Shown piece by piece: positions 1 through 11,195 of a stretch of 64,000 bases of DNA (position 1 is its first letter; each line of letters begins with the position of its first letter). Position numbers and translations under genes: made by a program. The notes under the pieces are model-generated. The model was not told where the DNA came from. It did not search any database and worked only from the letters and a program-made list of their open reading frames with translations. Source of the stretch: a virus (taxonomy: Duplodnaviria; Caudoviricetes); the IMG/VR virus record IMGVR_UViG_3300035507_000332; one strand, given 5' to 3'.

Positions 1-3000
1 ATTCAAAGACGCCAGTTTCAAAACAACCTTCCTGAAGGACATCTTCGGTTTGTACCAGGTTGACAAATCCATCGCTCTCTTAAACGACATGGGTAAGTCG
101 CTTGACGACTTGGATAGAAACCAGTTGCAGAAAATCTCTAATAGATTTGATGAACTGGGGCTTAAGGTCAAAATCTTCAAGGAAAACGGCGAAACTCGCA
201 GTGGCATCGACGTCTTAAAACAAATTAGTCAAGAAAAAGAAGGTAGAGACAAGAATTCTAAGGAATACAAAGCTCTCGATGAAGGCGAAAAACTCGTCAG
301 CAAAGGCACTTCTGACTATGAAAAGAACATGCGCAATGCTGAGAACGCCACTACCGAAGCGTACATGAAGAACGAAGTTCTCAATGACACGCTCGACGCT
401 CAAATTGAGAAATTCAAAACCCTTGGCCAGCAAGCTCTCTCAACGTTTGGTAACACAGCTTTCCTAGATAACGCAAAGGAAAGTTTGAAGGCTATCAACA
501 CCGTCCTTGAATTGATTAACGAATCAATGAGCGACGGTGCGCTGAAATATGCTCTACAGGGCATCTCGGAAGTTATTACAGGTCCAGGCTTAGCCATTGG
601 TATAGCGGTATTGGTTAAAGGCTTTTCAACCGCCTTTACTCAAATTAAAAATTCCGCCGAAGCTTTCCTCGGATTGAATCAGCAACTAAAGCTCCAACAA
701 GAAATCGAAAGAGCTACTCTCCAGTATGTTCAGCAACATGCTGATTTACAAGGAGTGATGATGAAAAGCGAAGCGGATATCCAAAACGTCGCTGTAGAAG
801 TAGCCGCTGCATTCCAAGCTCAAGAACTTTCAGTCAAGAATCTAGCAACAAACCTAGCTAAAGTCGCTGCGCTTGTAAGGTCAACAATGCCAAACCTACA
901 ATCAGTAGGTCAATTAAGCATTGAGTATCAATCAGACCAAGCAAGAAAACTAATTAAGAAAACTGGGTCAATTTCAAACTTAGCTACAGGCGACGACGCA
1001 ATCACCAAGGAAATTACATCTATTAGAAATGGTGTAGGTGGTGCGCAAGGTAAAGACAAGCCTGTTATCTTGGATAACTTCCCACTCAATGGTGTTAAGC
1101 AAACTATTGTTGCCAACACTGGGGAATACATTGTCGATATGGGGAACGGTCGTAAGTCCATCCTCAACCGCAATCAGTACAGAAAGATTCAAGAAGGCAA
1201 AAACTTTGCTAAGGGAACTAATAATGGAGATTTTGATATTCTCGATCCTACTAGCTCGAAATTCCTTAAGAGTTGGGGGGTTAATAGTAATAGAGATTTT
1301 GTCGTAAAGCAAGATGTTATCTTGAAAATTGCTCAAGGCGAGGACAACTTGTTCTCTAAAGAAGCTGCGCCTAGACTTCAGTATAGACCAAAATCTGGGG
1401 AGATCTTATTCGACAACAACGACTTGTTTAATAATACATCGTCGACACCATCTGAGCTTAAGAACTTGAATGAGTTGCCTGAGCAAGAATTAAAAGACGC
1501 TCTTATCAATCAGATGCGTTTTTTCAATACTGCTTTTGAAAAATCCCTATCTGACATCAAAGCTGGTGAAGGAGCATTTGCCGATCTTACCCCTGAACAA
1601 AAGGAGATATATACAAAGAATATCACCGAGGCTCAGAAAAACATTAACAAAAATTTTGTTACAGCGGTCCTAAACTCGAATAGCAAACTTGCAGAGCAAT
1701 TTGCCAAAAACAAAGGTCCTGTTACGACAACTGGTATTAAACCTCAGTCCTTACAAGACGACGAAAACATCAACCCTGAAGGCCCTCAAACTCAAAACGT
1801 CATATCGAACCTTCAGAAAGAAATTCAAAAGAGCGAAGAAGAACAAGAAAGAAAGAAAAAAGCTTCTACCCCCAAAACTCCTAAGAAGAGGCAAACTTGG
1901 AGATCTCTTTGTCAACCTGCTGACAAAGAAGGAGCAGAGTCAGAAGCTTCTGCTTCAACGCCTAATGTTGTCGATCCTCCTGTTGTTAAGCAAAAGACTA
2001 CGAAGCCGACTATAGCTACAGCCAAACCTGTAGCGACTACGACTATGGACGCTGTTATCGCCCAGACTTTGAAGTCGCAACAAGCTCAAGCTAACAATCC
2101 AGTAACGCTAACTTTTACTTCTGCTTCTGCCGCAAAGCCTACGCAAGACATTTCTAGCGAGAAATCGCTTATCGAGCAGAAATTGAAAGAGATTCAAGAA
2201 TCGAAGGCAAAGGTTGATGGGCTGGCGAAGCTGACTCTTACTCCTATTGTTGCTCCTCAGTCTGTTCCTTCTCCTGCGGTAAACCCTACTCCAGGCGTTA
2301 AGGATGTAGCTCCTGTTTTAGTCCCAACTACTGAGCCTAAAACAGAACCTATATCTGTACCTGAGCCTAAGCCTCAAACCACTCTTGAAGGTCTTCTTTC
2401 AAAGACAACGCAAGCAACAGAAGCTGTGCTTCAGGCAAATTTGAAAGGAGTCCTTCCTAATATTTCAAGAGTAATAGGTGAAGGAGATAAACTCTCTGCG
2501 TTCCCAGAAATTGCAGGGAAATCAGCTGCTTTCTCCGAGAGGATGAGCATAGCACAAGAAGAGCTTAAGCAGGTAGAAAACGAATTAACAAAGATTGCTA
2601 CAGGCGCAGCTCCTGCATCTCCAGAAGTTCTTGATAAAGTATCTGCAAGATTAGATAAAATCTTTGCCGATATCCAAGCTGTTAATTCTTTAGCTAGAAC
2701 GCTAGAAGAAGATGTAAATCTCGTCGAAAAAGGAACAAGAAAGAAAAAAATTGAACCTCTTTCTGAAGCAGAAGTTGCTAAAGAAATGACGGACCCAGTT
2801 GAATCTAAGAAAAAAGCTGGTAAATCCTTCGCAAGAAACCATGTTTCCTTCAAGAAGAATCTCGCTTACTCAGATTTGGTGACACATGCGAAGAAAGGAG
2901 ATTTTGAAGATCCGAAATTTGTAAAAACGTTGCCTCTTGGCGTTAAACGAACTTTGGGCGTTGAAAAATACCCCGACAAGACTCCAGAAGAACATAGGGT

Positions 3001-6000
3001 AAAATACACCCCATCACAGTTAGAACATCAAGTCCTAACTCAAATGGAATACTATTCCAGACCAGTTTCCCTTGCTGAACTTAAAGATTTAAAAGACCCT
3101 ATAGTTCAGTCTGTTAAGAGAAACAAGACGAACAATTCTGCACGGAACTATAAATGGCTTTTCGATAAAAAAGAGGTTGATAGATTCTCAGGAAAGGACG
3201 GAGTAAACAACGCAAGAGCTGTTTACGACGCTTTGTTCTATGGTGGTAAGAGCGAAGAAGAAAGAGCTATAAGCAGAAAGAAATGGGCTGAAGAACAGGA
3301 AGCCGTTGATAAGAAGTACGCTAGCAATATGAAGAATCTTCCTTCTATTGCTGATGAGAACATGAGAAGGCGTCTCGGAGAGCAATACGAGAACGAAAGA
3401 CATCAGTTCTACGCTAAACTCAATGGGAAAAGATACTCAACAGCAAACACCGTTGCTACAATGTTTGAAGGCGGTGCAAGTTGGGTTGATGACAAAGATT
3501 TTAACGCAGATAAATGGCTTGGGAGCAAAAACTTTGAAAAAGACAAAACATTAGGTCATACCGTAGCAAAGATAAAAGAAATAGAGAGAAACTCTCAAAG
3601 AAAGTCTCCCGACAGAGGGCATCAAGACTTTAACAGGACTCTCTTTGCTAACAACTGGCTATACGGCAATCCTCTTCAGCAAAACGAAGATGGCTCATAC
3701 TCGAATATAGGCGCAAGAGTCCCCAACGCTAAAACTGTAAACATGAGGAGCAAAGAAAGCATTGACGCCCTCATCAATCAGTATAGAAACGCTCAAGTAG
3801 AAGCCTATAACAAGAGCAAAGAGTTCAAAGAGAAGTATGTATTAACAAATACAACTGACATAAGAAGCGACATGACTACAGAACGCTTCAAGAAAGTCAA
3901 CTCTCTTATCGAAGAACAAATTGCCCTTCTTACGAAAGCAAGAAACGCTCTTATTACTTACGGAGAAGCAGGGAAAGCTATTGAATTAACGCCACCCCCA
4001 GGGGTTACTGGAGTAATTCCTGAACCTGGAGTAGCACCCACGAAAAAGGGACCTGCTGGCCCAAGCGAAGAACACAAGAAAGCTATTAACACTTCTCTAG
4101 GCGAGAAAGGCATGGCAGGAGTAGAAGTCGTCAAAGACAATACGACTGCTCTCATTGGGTTATCCATGATTCTAGGCTTCGTCTCTGGAACAATGGACGA
4201 TTTGGTCAAGTCTGGAAATTCAGCTGCGATTGTTGGTCAAAAGCTTGTTAAGGCATTAGGGACGTTCATTTCCTCATCATTTGTTATCAAGATGATGGGA
4301 GGTGAAGGTATGAACCTTTCTAGCCTATTCAGGGGACGAATGTCTTCCGTTGCAGACTCTCTTAGCAAGTCAAAAGGCGTAGTCGGAGAAATGGCTTCAA
4401 AGATAATGGGAGGGCTTGGCGTTGCTGTATCGAAAGTTTCCGCAGCGTTTATGAAGTTCCTACCTATCATCGGTTGGGCAGCAACTATTTGGCAAGTATT
4501 GCCTGACAGTTGGACGAAGGGTATTACAGAATTCATCGGTCAATCAATTGGACTTATCAAGACTCCTGCGGAAAAAGCAGCTGAGTCGTTGGATAAATTT
4601 ATCGACTCACTCGTTCAAGGAACAGGTCAAATCAGCACATCTCAAATTGCCTCTGCAGGTTTGAAGTACGCAGAAGAATACAAGTCAGAGTCTGATCGAA
4701 AGAAATACGGAGCAGCCGACGATGAAGAAAAGCCTTCTACTAAATCAATTTGGCTCAAGTATGTAGAAGACAGAGCTAAAAAGACGCATAGCACCTTCTC
4801 CCTTACCAGAACCAAACCTGCAGGCTCTATCAAAGACGAACAGCTCTACAATAGCGTCTTTGGAGGGCCGTCTTATGACGTAGTTAAGGACATTGTAGAG
4901 TCTACAGGAATACAGAACTCAAAAGAACAAAAATATGGGCTTCAGAACTTTTTGAATAATTACAAATTCGACAAAAAGCTCCCCGAGGCAATCGCTTACT
5001 ATGGGAAAGAGACTAATGCGTTTGGTCGTAGCTACTATAAAGACAAGGTTTCTACACCAAATGAGTTCTTTAATACCTACTCGTCGCAAGGTAGAGTAAC
5101 CCTCGAAAACCTGCAGTCTATCTCAGGCATGTACAGCAGTATGCAACGAGCAGCAATAGCATCTGCTTTCAAAGAAATGCCCGAAGAGTTAAGAGAAAAA
5201 CTCGAAGACTCAAGCGTATCAGACAAAGAGAAGGGAAGACTTGTAAGCGACTACGCTCAGAAGAGTGGCAAGAAAGCCAACGAGCAGACAAAGGCATTGC
5301 ACGATTTCGTTATGACATTGCCTGGAGTCAAAGATAGTAAAGGTGGCGTTATAGGTGGTGAATACCAAAAGCAACTAAAGAAAATTCTTGAATTTGCTAA
5401 AAACAGCGACTCCTTAGACTTAGGACTTCTTGCTCAACAGTTAGGGTTAGAAAACACGCCTGAAAACATCGAAGCATTAAAGAAGACCATAGACAACTTC
5501 TCAGGAAAGGTTGAAATGGCTCTCTTGAAGCTATCGAAGACTATTGCTGATTTGTCGGTTAAAGAAACGTTGCCGACTGCTCCTGGGCTGCAGAAAATTC
5601 GCTCTGAAATTTTTGGTCAAAAGGCTGATATTGTACGCTTTGGCTCACAAGACCAAGCTATCGCCAAGAGTATTAAGGAACAAAAGCTTTCTGCTGAAAT
5701 CCGAGGCTCTCTTATTAAGGGAATCTCTAAAGCATTTGGAGAAAGTGGACCGACGCCAGAAGCAAAAGAGTCTTGGAAGGAATTGCTCTTATCCGATAAC
5801 CTAAACTTGAACGACTTGCGAAAGCTTACAGTCGAGATGCAAGACGCTTTGAACAAGGCGTCCTTGTCTGCCGATGAAAAGAGTGCAGATGCTATCTCTG
5901 GGCAAAAGGAAGCAGTAGTAGACGCTTTAGCTAAGATAGACAACTACCAAGCGTCGTTCATCAAGTCGTCGCTCGAATCTAGTACACGTTTGCTAGCCCA

Positions 6001-9000
6001 GGTTGAAAAATCGTTCGATACGAGGAAGTTAGAAGATGCAGTCTCTGGAGTATCCAAGAAGCTCAACGAGCTATCCAAAGACTTGCAAGAACTTTCTGAC
6101 GCAAGCAAGATTCGCAAGGAACAACGTAGCGTACTTTCAGCCGCTAAGCCAGAGCTATCTCAATACTTCCAAGCGCAAAATAGCTTCGACGACATAGAAA
6201 CATCCAAGCGAGAGAACGCAATCAACCTAGCTAAGGCACGCCAAGAGTTAATCGAAGCGATGTACAAGCAAGTTGAATCATTGCCGATGGGAGATGTGAA
6301 AAACGACTTCATCAACAAGATTGGCAGCCTCGACTCCTCAGGAATAGCAGGAGAAGAACTAGCCAAGCTTGCTGAAGAAATTTTCACAAACGTCCTCAAT
6401 ACAAAGCAAAAGAACGACAAGGACGAGCAAATTGCGTCTCTCGAAGCATCCCTCGAAAACTTGAAGGGTATTGAAGGAATGCAAGTTGCGTCGTACGAAC
6501 TTCTTTCTACAAGCGAAGCTTTGGATAATTCTGCGAGAAATCTCTCCGAAGCAGGAGACAAGCTCAAAGAAGCGGCTAACGGTGGAAACAATGAAACGTC
6601 GCTGACAGACAATAAAACTCTGACGGACAACTCTTTCTTCGGCAAGGTTAAAGATATGTGGAACAAGTTTGTTCCTCAGAAATTGCAAATTGGAAGCAAG
6701 CAACAGCCCATTCAATCTATTCAATCTGTTAAGGACACAACGACAGGAGTTGCACAGCAAGGGTCAACGTCGCAAATCACTGCGAGAGAACAAATTGAGA
6801 AGATTCAAGAGCTTATCAACAATCTTAGGGCTTCCCAAGACGGTCAAGCTACATTAGCTCTCAATGCGACACAAGATACGAGCAAGTACCGCTCTGTAAT
6901 TAGCTCTACAAACGTAGCTGACACAACCGCCGATCTCTCAAAGGCGAGTGCAACGCTATCCTTGTTTGAGCAATTAGTACGCACCAAGCTTCAGAATTCC
7001 GTCAACATGATAACCATGCGCTTCGACGTGCTTTCCAAGAATTTGGAAAAGCAGAACGAGCGTATCGACCTGAAGACAACGAAGTTAGACGCCGAACTGG
7101 ACAACTTGCCCGACGACCTGAAGCAACAGATGATGGCATACGCCAACTACAATGCTTCGATTGAAAAGGCTAAGAATTCCGCCAAAGCAGATGGCATGAA
7201 GGCAGACCTAGACTTGCTTAAGGAATTCTCATCCCTTAAGAATGCAGGTCACCTAAACGACGTCATCGAAACGTTCAACAAGGGAGACAAAACAGGGTCA
7301 ATCGACAAGTACGCCCAGTACAAAGCCAAGGAAGACGCCGAAGCTGAATACAAACTCGGAGAATTGCTCAAGACCGAGCTTCAAGCCGCAAGCCCTACAG
7401 ATGCTATTGAAAAGCTCTCGGCTATCGTCGCTCAAAACGGCAACGAACAACAGCAAATCCTGGATAAGATTGCTAGCCTCCTTAAGGAAGCTAACGACAA
7501 AAAGGAAAAGGCAGAACAAGAAGCCTCTTCCAAAAAACAACAGGAAGAAACGGCTAAGACCAACACTCCGAATTCCGACAGCAAATTCACTCTGATAAAT
7601 GCTCCTACAGAGACAAAAGCTTTTGCTGATGTCCCAGTTATAGCTAAACCTAGTGAAGGCGTAGAAGACAACCAACTTGAGACAAGCCTCGAAGAAGCGG
7701 TATCCGCTTTGGACGACTTCTCTATAAGCTTGGCAACGACGATAAATTCCTTGTCATCCTTGATCGACCCAGTATCAGGGCTTAAGAGAGAATTGGTCGA
7801 TCTGAAGGACTTCCTCGAAGGATTTAACACAACATCAAGAATAGACAATTTCTTGGATGGAGTGGATACTTATACTCAGAGCCTTATTTCTCCTACGCCT
7901 ACTGTTAGTTTTGCGACTGCAAACCTTCTTTCTGTAGACAATAGCAATCTTCTCACAACTAGCGCATTCCCTAATTCAAAAGCACTTAAAGACCCAAGAT
8001 ACGACACGCAGTCTTTCCCAAGCGAGGCTTTAGGATATGACGAAACAGGCAAGCCAGTAGCAAGCAAACACGTCGTCAACTTCGACCCAAATAAGACGGC
8101 AGGTGCTTATAAACGACCCGATGGTACTTACGTAGCACCAGAGATACGACAAGCAGACAATGGAGAGCCTCATACAGGTGCCGTCATATCTGCCGATCTT
8201 GCTGAATCTAACGAAGGTGATGTTGCCTTACTCAACAAAACCGATGCTATTAGACAATCTGTATCTTCTATTGCCGACTATTCTTCCTCTTCGATAACCT
8301 TGCAGAAAGCAATGATTGAAGGGCAAAAATCTCTGAAATCAACCTTCGACCAAGCAGGTAAATACGCACTACAAGCGTATACCGCAGGAACAGCGACGGA
8401 ACGCTTTGAAGCGCAGAGAAAGGCTAATGTCTACAACGAGCCAGTTAAGGATGTAGCCGCCTACAGCGGAAACAAGAGAGACGCCGAAGGTAATCCTATC
8501 CAAGGCACGTATTGGTCATACCAAGAAGCCACGGAAGACTTAAGTCAAAAAATGGCGAACGCCTCTGCTTCTGGAGATACAGAACAGCTCAAGGAACTTC
8601 AAATCCAAGCTCTTCAACTAAAAAAGAGCCTCAACCAACGTCTGGAATTCAAAACGCTCAACGAAGGTTGGCAAAGCTCCTTGGCGCAGATGAAAGATGA
8701 AGCAGGTCGATTGGAAGAACAGATGGGCAGTTCTATCTTAGACTTGAAGAACGGATTTGTTGACGCTTTCTCTACAGCAATTTCAGGGTCAAAGTCATTT
8801 GGAAATGCCTTCGCCGATGAAATGCTCAATGTTGCTCAAAACATCGTCAAGCAAGGCATCAACAGCTTGATAAGCAATCTGTTTAACAGGCTGTTTAGTG
8901 GAATGTTCACGCAGAACACTGCTCAAGGTATAGATGTTGCAGCATCTGGACTTTTGGGTGACGCATCCTTCCTCTCTACAGGAACAGCAACTAATCAGTC

Positions 9001-10333
9001 TCGATTTGGCTTCGCCACTGGTGGTAAAGTTAATGGAGGGTCTGGAACAAAAGACGACGTTCCAGCCATGCTCACAGGAGGCGAATACGTCATCAACAAG
9101 AAAGCTGTCAAGTCACTAGGAACGAAATTCCTCGACGCTTTGAACAACGGCGGAATCGGGATGTACTCCTCTGGTGGTTACGTTTCAGGAGAATTCGGAG
9201 ACGGATGGGTCAAAGACAAAGAAACAGGCGTTGTCTACCTCGACAACGGTGCTTTAACAGAAACAACAAAGACCAACAACGGCGCAAACGGATTCTACTC
9301 GCCAACGAAGTACGGATACGGACAAATCTCAGGAAGCAATAACCTTAAAGCTTTTGCTATGCAGTCGTTTACGTCTGGAGCCAACGACATAACAACAAGC
9401 GACAGTTCAGGGTCTCTAGTATCCTTGGAAACGGAAAGTATGCAGTTGTCTCAACAGGCACGAGCTGCTGACAACGCAGAAAACCGAGAACTCGAACAAG
9501 ACAAGCAAACCGCTCTCAACCTTGCCTACGAAGAAGACCAACGTAGATACGAATACGAACAACAGAAAAAAGCCCAGAAGAAAGCGTGGAAAAACGCACT
9601 TATCGGACTTGGTGCAACAGTTGGTCTTGGCTATATAACAGGAGCTATTGGCGGAGGAGAAAAATGGGGATTCTCGAACGTTCTAGGCGGAAGCAGTACA
9701 GCTCTTGGACGAGGAGCAGCAAGCCTTGCCAAGTGGTGGAACAGCAATTCTGAAGATGTTAGAGGCGTCTTCCAAAACGCTTCTGCATCAGGCATCAACG
9801 TTAGTTCGTTCAACTTGCTAACATCCAAGAAATCAGACAGTGATAAGAGTAAAACCTCTGAATCGACCGACGAAGATAAAGATAAAAAGCAAAAGGCAAT
9901 TGGTGGTCAAATTACTTCAGGTACAGCAGGACGAGACAACCAAACAATCAACGCCTCTCAGGGTGAATACGTTATCTCAAGAGAAGCTGTAAACAGTGTT
10001 GGTACACCATTCCTTGACGCTTTGAATAGCAACAAGGTCTCCTTCTCCGACGCCTCTGCAACGCAGAATACAGGCAACGGAATGGATATCTCTCAGCTTA
10101 TCACCAAGTTGGAAGAAGTTGTCTCAGCAATCCGAGAAACAGCAGGGACAGGAGGAGAAAGCAATATCACCATTAACGTCTCTTCCACATACGAAGGTCA
10201 ATCCAGTGAAAACGAAGAAGGGGACGGCACAGACGACGACAAGGCACTCGCCCAGAAGATTAAAGACGTCGTTAAGCAAACAATATCCGAAGAAAAGCGA
10301 GTTGGCGGTCTCCTTAGCAACCTAAAGGCATAA
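1..10333 (+). CDS. Giant tail tape measure protein (5'-truncated; frame open from position 2, >3400 aa)
   Basis: Long helical/coiled-coil composition, hydrophobic segments, typical TMP motif FATGGKVNGGSGTKDDVPAMLTGGEYVI and C-terminal ...ISEEKRVGGLL; lies upstream of tail-tip genes. Confidence 0.88.
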   Translation, partial: FKDASFKTTFLKDIFGLYQVDKSIALLNDMGKSLDDLDRNQLQKISNRFDELGLKVKIFKENGETRSGIDVLKQISQEKEGRDKNSKEYKALDEGEKLVSKGTSDYEKNMRNAENATTEAYMKNEVLNDTLDAQIEKFKTLGQQALSTFGNTAFLDNAKESLKAINTVLELINESMSDGALKYALQGISEVITGPGLAIGIAVLVKGFSTAFTQIKNSAEAFLGLNQQLKLQQEIERATLQYVQQHADLQGVMMKSEADIQNVAVEVAAAFQAQELSVKNLATNLAKVAALVRSTMPNLQSVGQLSIEYQSDQARKLIKKTGSISNLATGDDAITKEITSIRNGVGGAQGKDKPVILDNFPLNGVKQTIVANTGEYIVDMGNGRKSILNRNQYRKIQEGKNFAKGTNNGDFDILDPTSSKFLKSWGVNSNRDFVVKQDVILKIAQGEDNLFSKEAAPRLQYRPKSGEILFDNNDLFNNTSSTPSELKNLNELPEQELKDALINQMRFFNTAFEKSLSDIKAGEGAFADLTPEQKEIYTKNITEAQKNINKNFVTAVLNSNSKLAEQFAKNKGPVTTTGIKPQSLQDDENINPEGPQTQNVISNLQKEIQKSEEEQERKKKASTPKTPKKRQTWRSLCQPADKEGAESEASASTPNVVDPPVVKQKTTKPTIATAKPVATTTMDAVIAQTLKSQQAQANNPVTLTFTSASAAKPTQDISSEKSLIEQKLKEIQESKAKVDGLAKLTLTPIVAPQSVPSPAVNPTPGVKDVAPVLVPTTEPKTEPISVPEPKPQTTLEGLLSKTTQATEAVLQANLKGVLPNISRVIGEGDKLSAFPEIAGKSAAFSERMSIAQEELKQVENELTKIATGAAPASPEVLDKVSARLDKIFADIQAVNSLARTLEEDVNLVEKGTRKKKIEPLSEAEVAKEMTDPVESKKKAGKSFARNHVSFKKNLAYSDLVTHAKKGDFEDPKFVKTLPLGVKRTLGVEKYPDKTPEEHRVKYTPSQLEHQVLTQMEYYSRPVSLAELKDLKDPIVQSVKRNKTNNSARNYKWLFDKKEVDRFSGKDGVNNARAVYDALFYGGKSEEERAISRKKWAEEQEAVDKKYASNMKNLPSIADENMRRRLGEQYENERHQFYAKLNGKRYSTANTVATMFEGGASWVDDKDFNADKWLGSKNFEKDKTLGHTVAKIKEIERNSQRKSPDRGHQDFNRTLFANNWLYGNPLQQNEDGSYSNIGARVPNAKTVNMRSKESIDALINQYRNAQVEAYNKSKEFKEKYVLTNTTDIRSDMTTERFKKVNSLIEEQIALLTKARNALITYGEAGKAIELTPPPGVTGVIPEPGVAPTKKGPAGPSEEHKKAINTSLGEKGMAGVEVVKDNTTALIGLSMILGFVSGTMDDLVKSGNSAAIVGQKLVKALGTFISSSFVIKMMGGEGMNLSSLFRGRMSSVADSLSKSKGVVGEMASKIMGGLGVAVSKVSAAFMKFLPIIGWAATIWQVLPDSWTKGITEFIGQSIGLIKTPAEKAAESLDKFIDSLVQGTGQISTSQIASAGLKYAEEYKSESDRKKYGAADDEEKPSTKSIWLKYVEDRAKKTHSTFSLTRTKPAGSIKDEQLYNSVFGGPSYDVVKDIVESTGIQNSKEQKYGLQNFLNNYKFDKKLPEAIAYYGKETNAFGRSYYKDKVSTPNEFFNTYSSQGRVTLENLQSISGMYSSMQRAAIASAFKEMPEELREKLEDSSVSDKEKGRLVSDYAQKSGKKANEQTKALHDFVMTLPGVKDSKGGVIGGEYQKQLKKILEFAKNSDSLDLGLLAQQLGLENTPENIEALKKTIDNFSGKVEMALLKLSKTIADLSVKETLPTAPGLQKIRSEIFGQKADIVRFGSQDQAIAKSIKEQKLSAEIRGSLIKGISKAFGESGPTPEAKESWKELLLSDNLNLNDLRKLTVEMQDALNKASLSADEKSADAISGQKEAVVDALAKIDNYQASFIKSSLESSTRLLAQVEKSFDTRKLEDAVSGVSKKLNELSKDLQELSDASKIRKEQRSVLSAAKPELSQYFQAQNSFDDIETSKRENAINLAKARQELIEAMYKQVESLPMGDVKNDFINKIGSLDSSGIAGEELAKLAEEIFTNVLNTKQKNDKDEQIASLEASLENLKGIEGMQVASYELLSTSEALDNSARNLSEAGDKLKEAANGGNNETSLTDNKTLTDNSFFGKVKDMWNKFVPQKLQIGSKQQPIQSIQSVKDTTTGVAQQGSTSQITAREQIEKIQELINNLRASQDGQATLALNATQDTSKYRSVISSTNVADTTADLSKASATLSLFEQLVRTKLQNSVNMITMRFDVLSKNLEKQNERIDLKTTKLDAELDNLPDDLKQQMMAYANYNASIEKAKNSAKADGMKADLDLLKEFSSLKNAGHLNDVIETFNKGDKTGSIDKYAQYKAKEDAEAEYKLGELLKTELQAASPTDAIEKLSAIVAQNGNEQQQILDKIASLLKEANDKKEKAEQEASSKKQQEETAKTNTPNSDSKFTLINAPTETKAFADVPVIAKPSEGVEDNQLETSLEEAVSALDDFSISLATTINSLSSLIDPVSGLKRELVDLKDFLEGFNTTSRIDNFLDGVDTYTQSLISPTPTVSFATANLLSVDNSNLLTTSAFPNSKALKDPRYDTQSFPSEALGYDETGKPVASKHVVNFDPNKTAGAYKRPDGTYVAPEIRQADNGEPHTGAVISADLAESNEGDVALLNKTDAIRQSVSSIADYSSSSITLQKAMIEGQKSLKSTFDQAGKYALQAYTAGTATERFEAQRKANVYNEPVKDVAAYSGNKRDAEGNPIQGTYWSYQEATEDLSQKMANASASGDTEQLKELQIQALQLKKSLNQRLEFKTLNEGWQSSLAQMKDEAGRLEEQMGSSILDLKNGFVDAFSTAISGSKSFGNAFADEMLNVAQNIVKQGINSLISNLFNRLFSGMFTQNTAQGIDVAASGLLGDASFLSTGTATNQSRFGFATGGKVNGGSGTKDDVPAMLTGGEYVINKKAVKSLGTKFLDALNNGGIGMYSSGGYVSGEFGDGWVKDKETGVVYLDNGALTETTKTNNGANGFYSPTKYGYGQISGSNNLKAFAMQSFTSGANDITTSDSSGSLVSLETESMQLSQQARAADNAENRELEQDKQTALNLAYEEDQRRYEYEQQKKAQKKAWKNALIGLGATVGLGYITGAIGGGEKWGFSNVLGGSSTALGRGAASLAKWWNSNSEDVRGVFQNASASGINVSSFNLLTSKKSDSDKSKTSESTDEDKDKKQKAIGGQITSGTAGRDNQTINASQGEYVISREAVNSVGTPFLDALNSNKVSFSDASATQNTGNGMDISQLITKLEEVVSAIRETAGTGGESNITINVSSTYEGQSSENEEGDGTDDDKALAQKIKDVVKQTISEEKRVGGLLSNLKA

Positions 10334-10334
10334 A

Positions 10335-11192
10335 ATGAGTTACGACTTATCATCACTTCACTTCTCGATAGACGAGCCAGAGACGATTGCGACAAACAGG
10401 TGGAAAGACGTCTCCGTCACAGGGATACAGAATTCGTTTTCAAATGCGACTTCTGTGTTCCTTGGCGGACTCTCTCAAAACCAACCGCAGTCGATTCCAG
10501 TCTACAACGTAGATATACAAAAGCTCTTTCACTACAACGAGCTACTCTTTGACTATCTACAGGGAAGCCACACGGTAAGGCTAATGGACTTCCCATTAGA
10601 CGGATTGTCGGAAGGGGACAAAAAAGAAAGCTCCTACACAAAGCTAGAGGGCAATCTTGCGAACTACTCAATATCAATTACCGCAGGAGAATTTGCCACG
10701 CTCTCAGCGTCGTTCACATGCAAGACACTCGAGTTATCACAGAAAAAAGAAGTATCCTACTACGAGCATAAGCTAGACGAAGAAATCCCCAAGATGGACC
10801 GAATCGCATTGCTCATGGACATCTTCGACGACTCACAGATATATTCTATCACATATAGCGAAGAAAAAACGATAGATGTTAAGCAACCGATCAGCCTAGA
10901 CCGAACAAACATCCTTATTCTCGAATCGCCAGTCATAACACAAAAGATGTCAGTTTCAGGCGTAGTGAGAGACATGGGAGAAATGCCCATGGACGGAGGA
11001 ATCGACCTTATCGACTACTACTTAAAGCAAAAGAACGAAAAAATCGGCTTCAAAGTCTACAAGGAAGACTTGTCTGAAAGCAAAGAATTCCTAGTCACCA
11101 ACCCACGAGTTGATTCATTAAGCATCGACAGTTCGGAGTCAGACTACCTGTTATTCACCTTAGATTTTAGCGGAACAAGAGTTCTATTATAA
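10335..11192 (+). CDS. Tail tube-fold protein (distal tail/tube paralog)
   Basis: Follows TMP; LANYSISITAGEFATLSASF aligns with ITDFSMNFAVGEFPTASVSF of the major tail protein at 53796-55052. Confidence 0.55.
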   Translation: MSYDLSSLHFSIDEPETIATNRWKDVSVTGIQNSFSNATSVFLGGLSQNQPQSIPVYNVDIQKLFHYNELLFDYLQGSHTVRLMDFPLDGLSEGDKKESSYTKLEGNLANYSISITAGEFATLSASFTCKTLELSQKKEVSYYEHKLDEEIPKMDRIALLMDIFDDSQIYSITYSEEKTIDVKQPISLDRTNILILESPVITQKMSVSGVVRDMGEMPMDGGIDLIDYYLKQKNEKIGFKVYKEDLSESKEFLVTNPRVDSLSIDSSESDYLLFTLDFSGTRVLL

Positions 11193-11195
11193 AAA

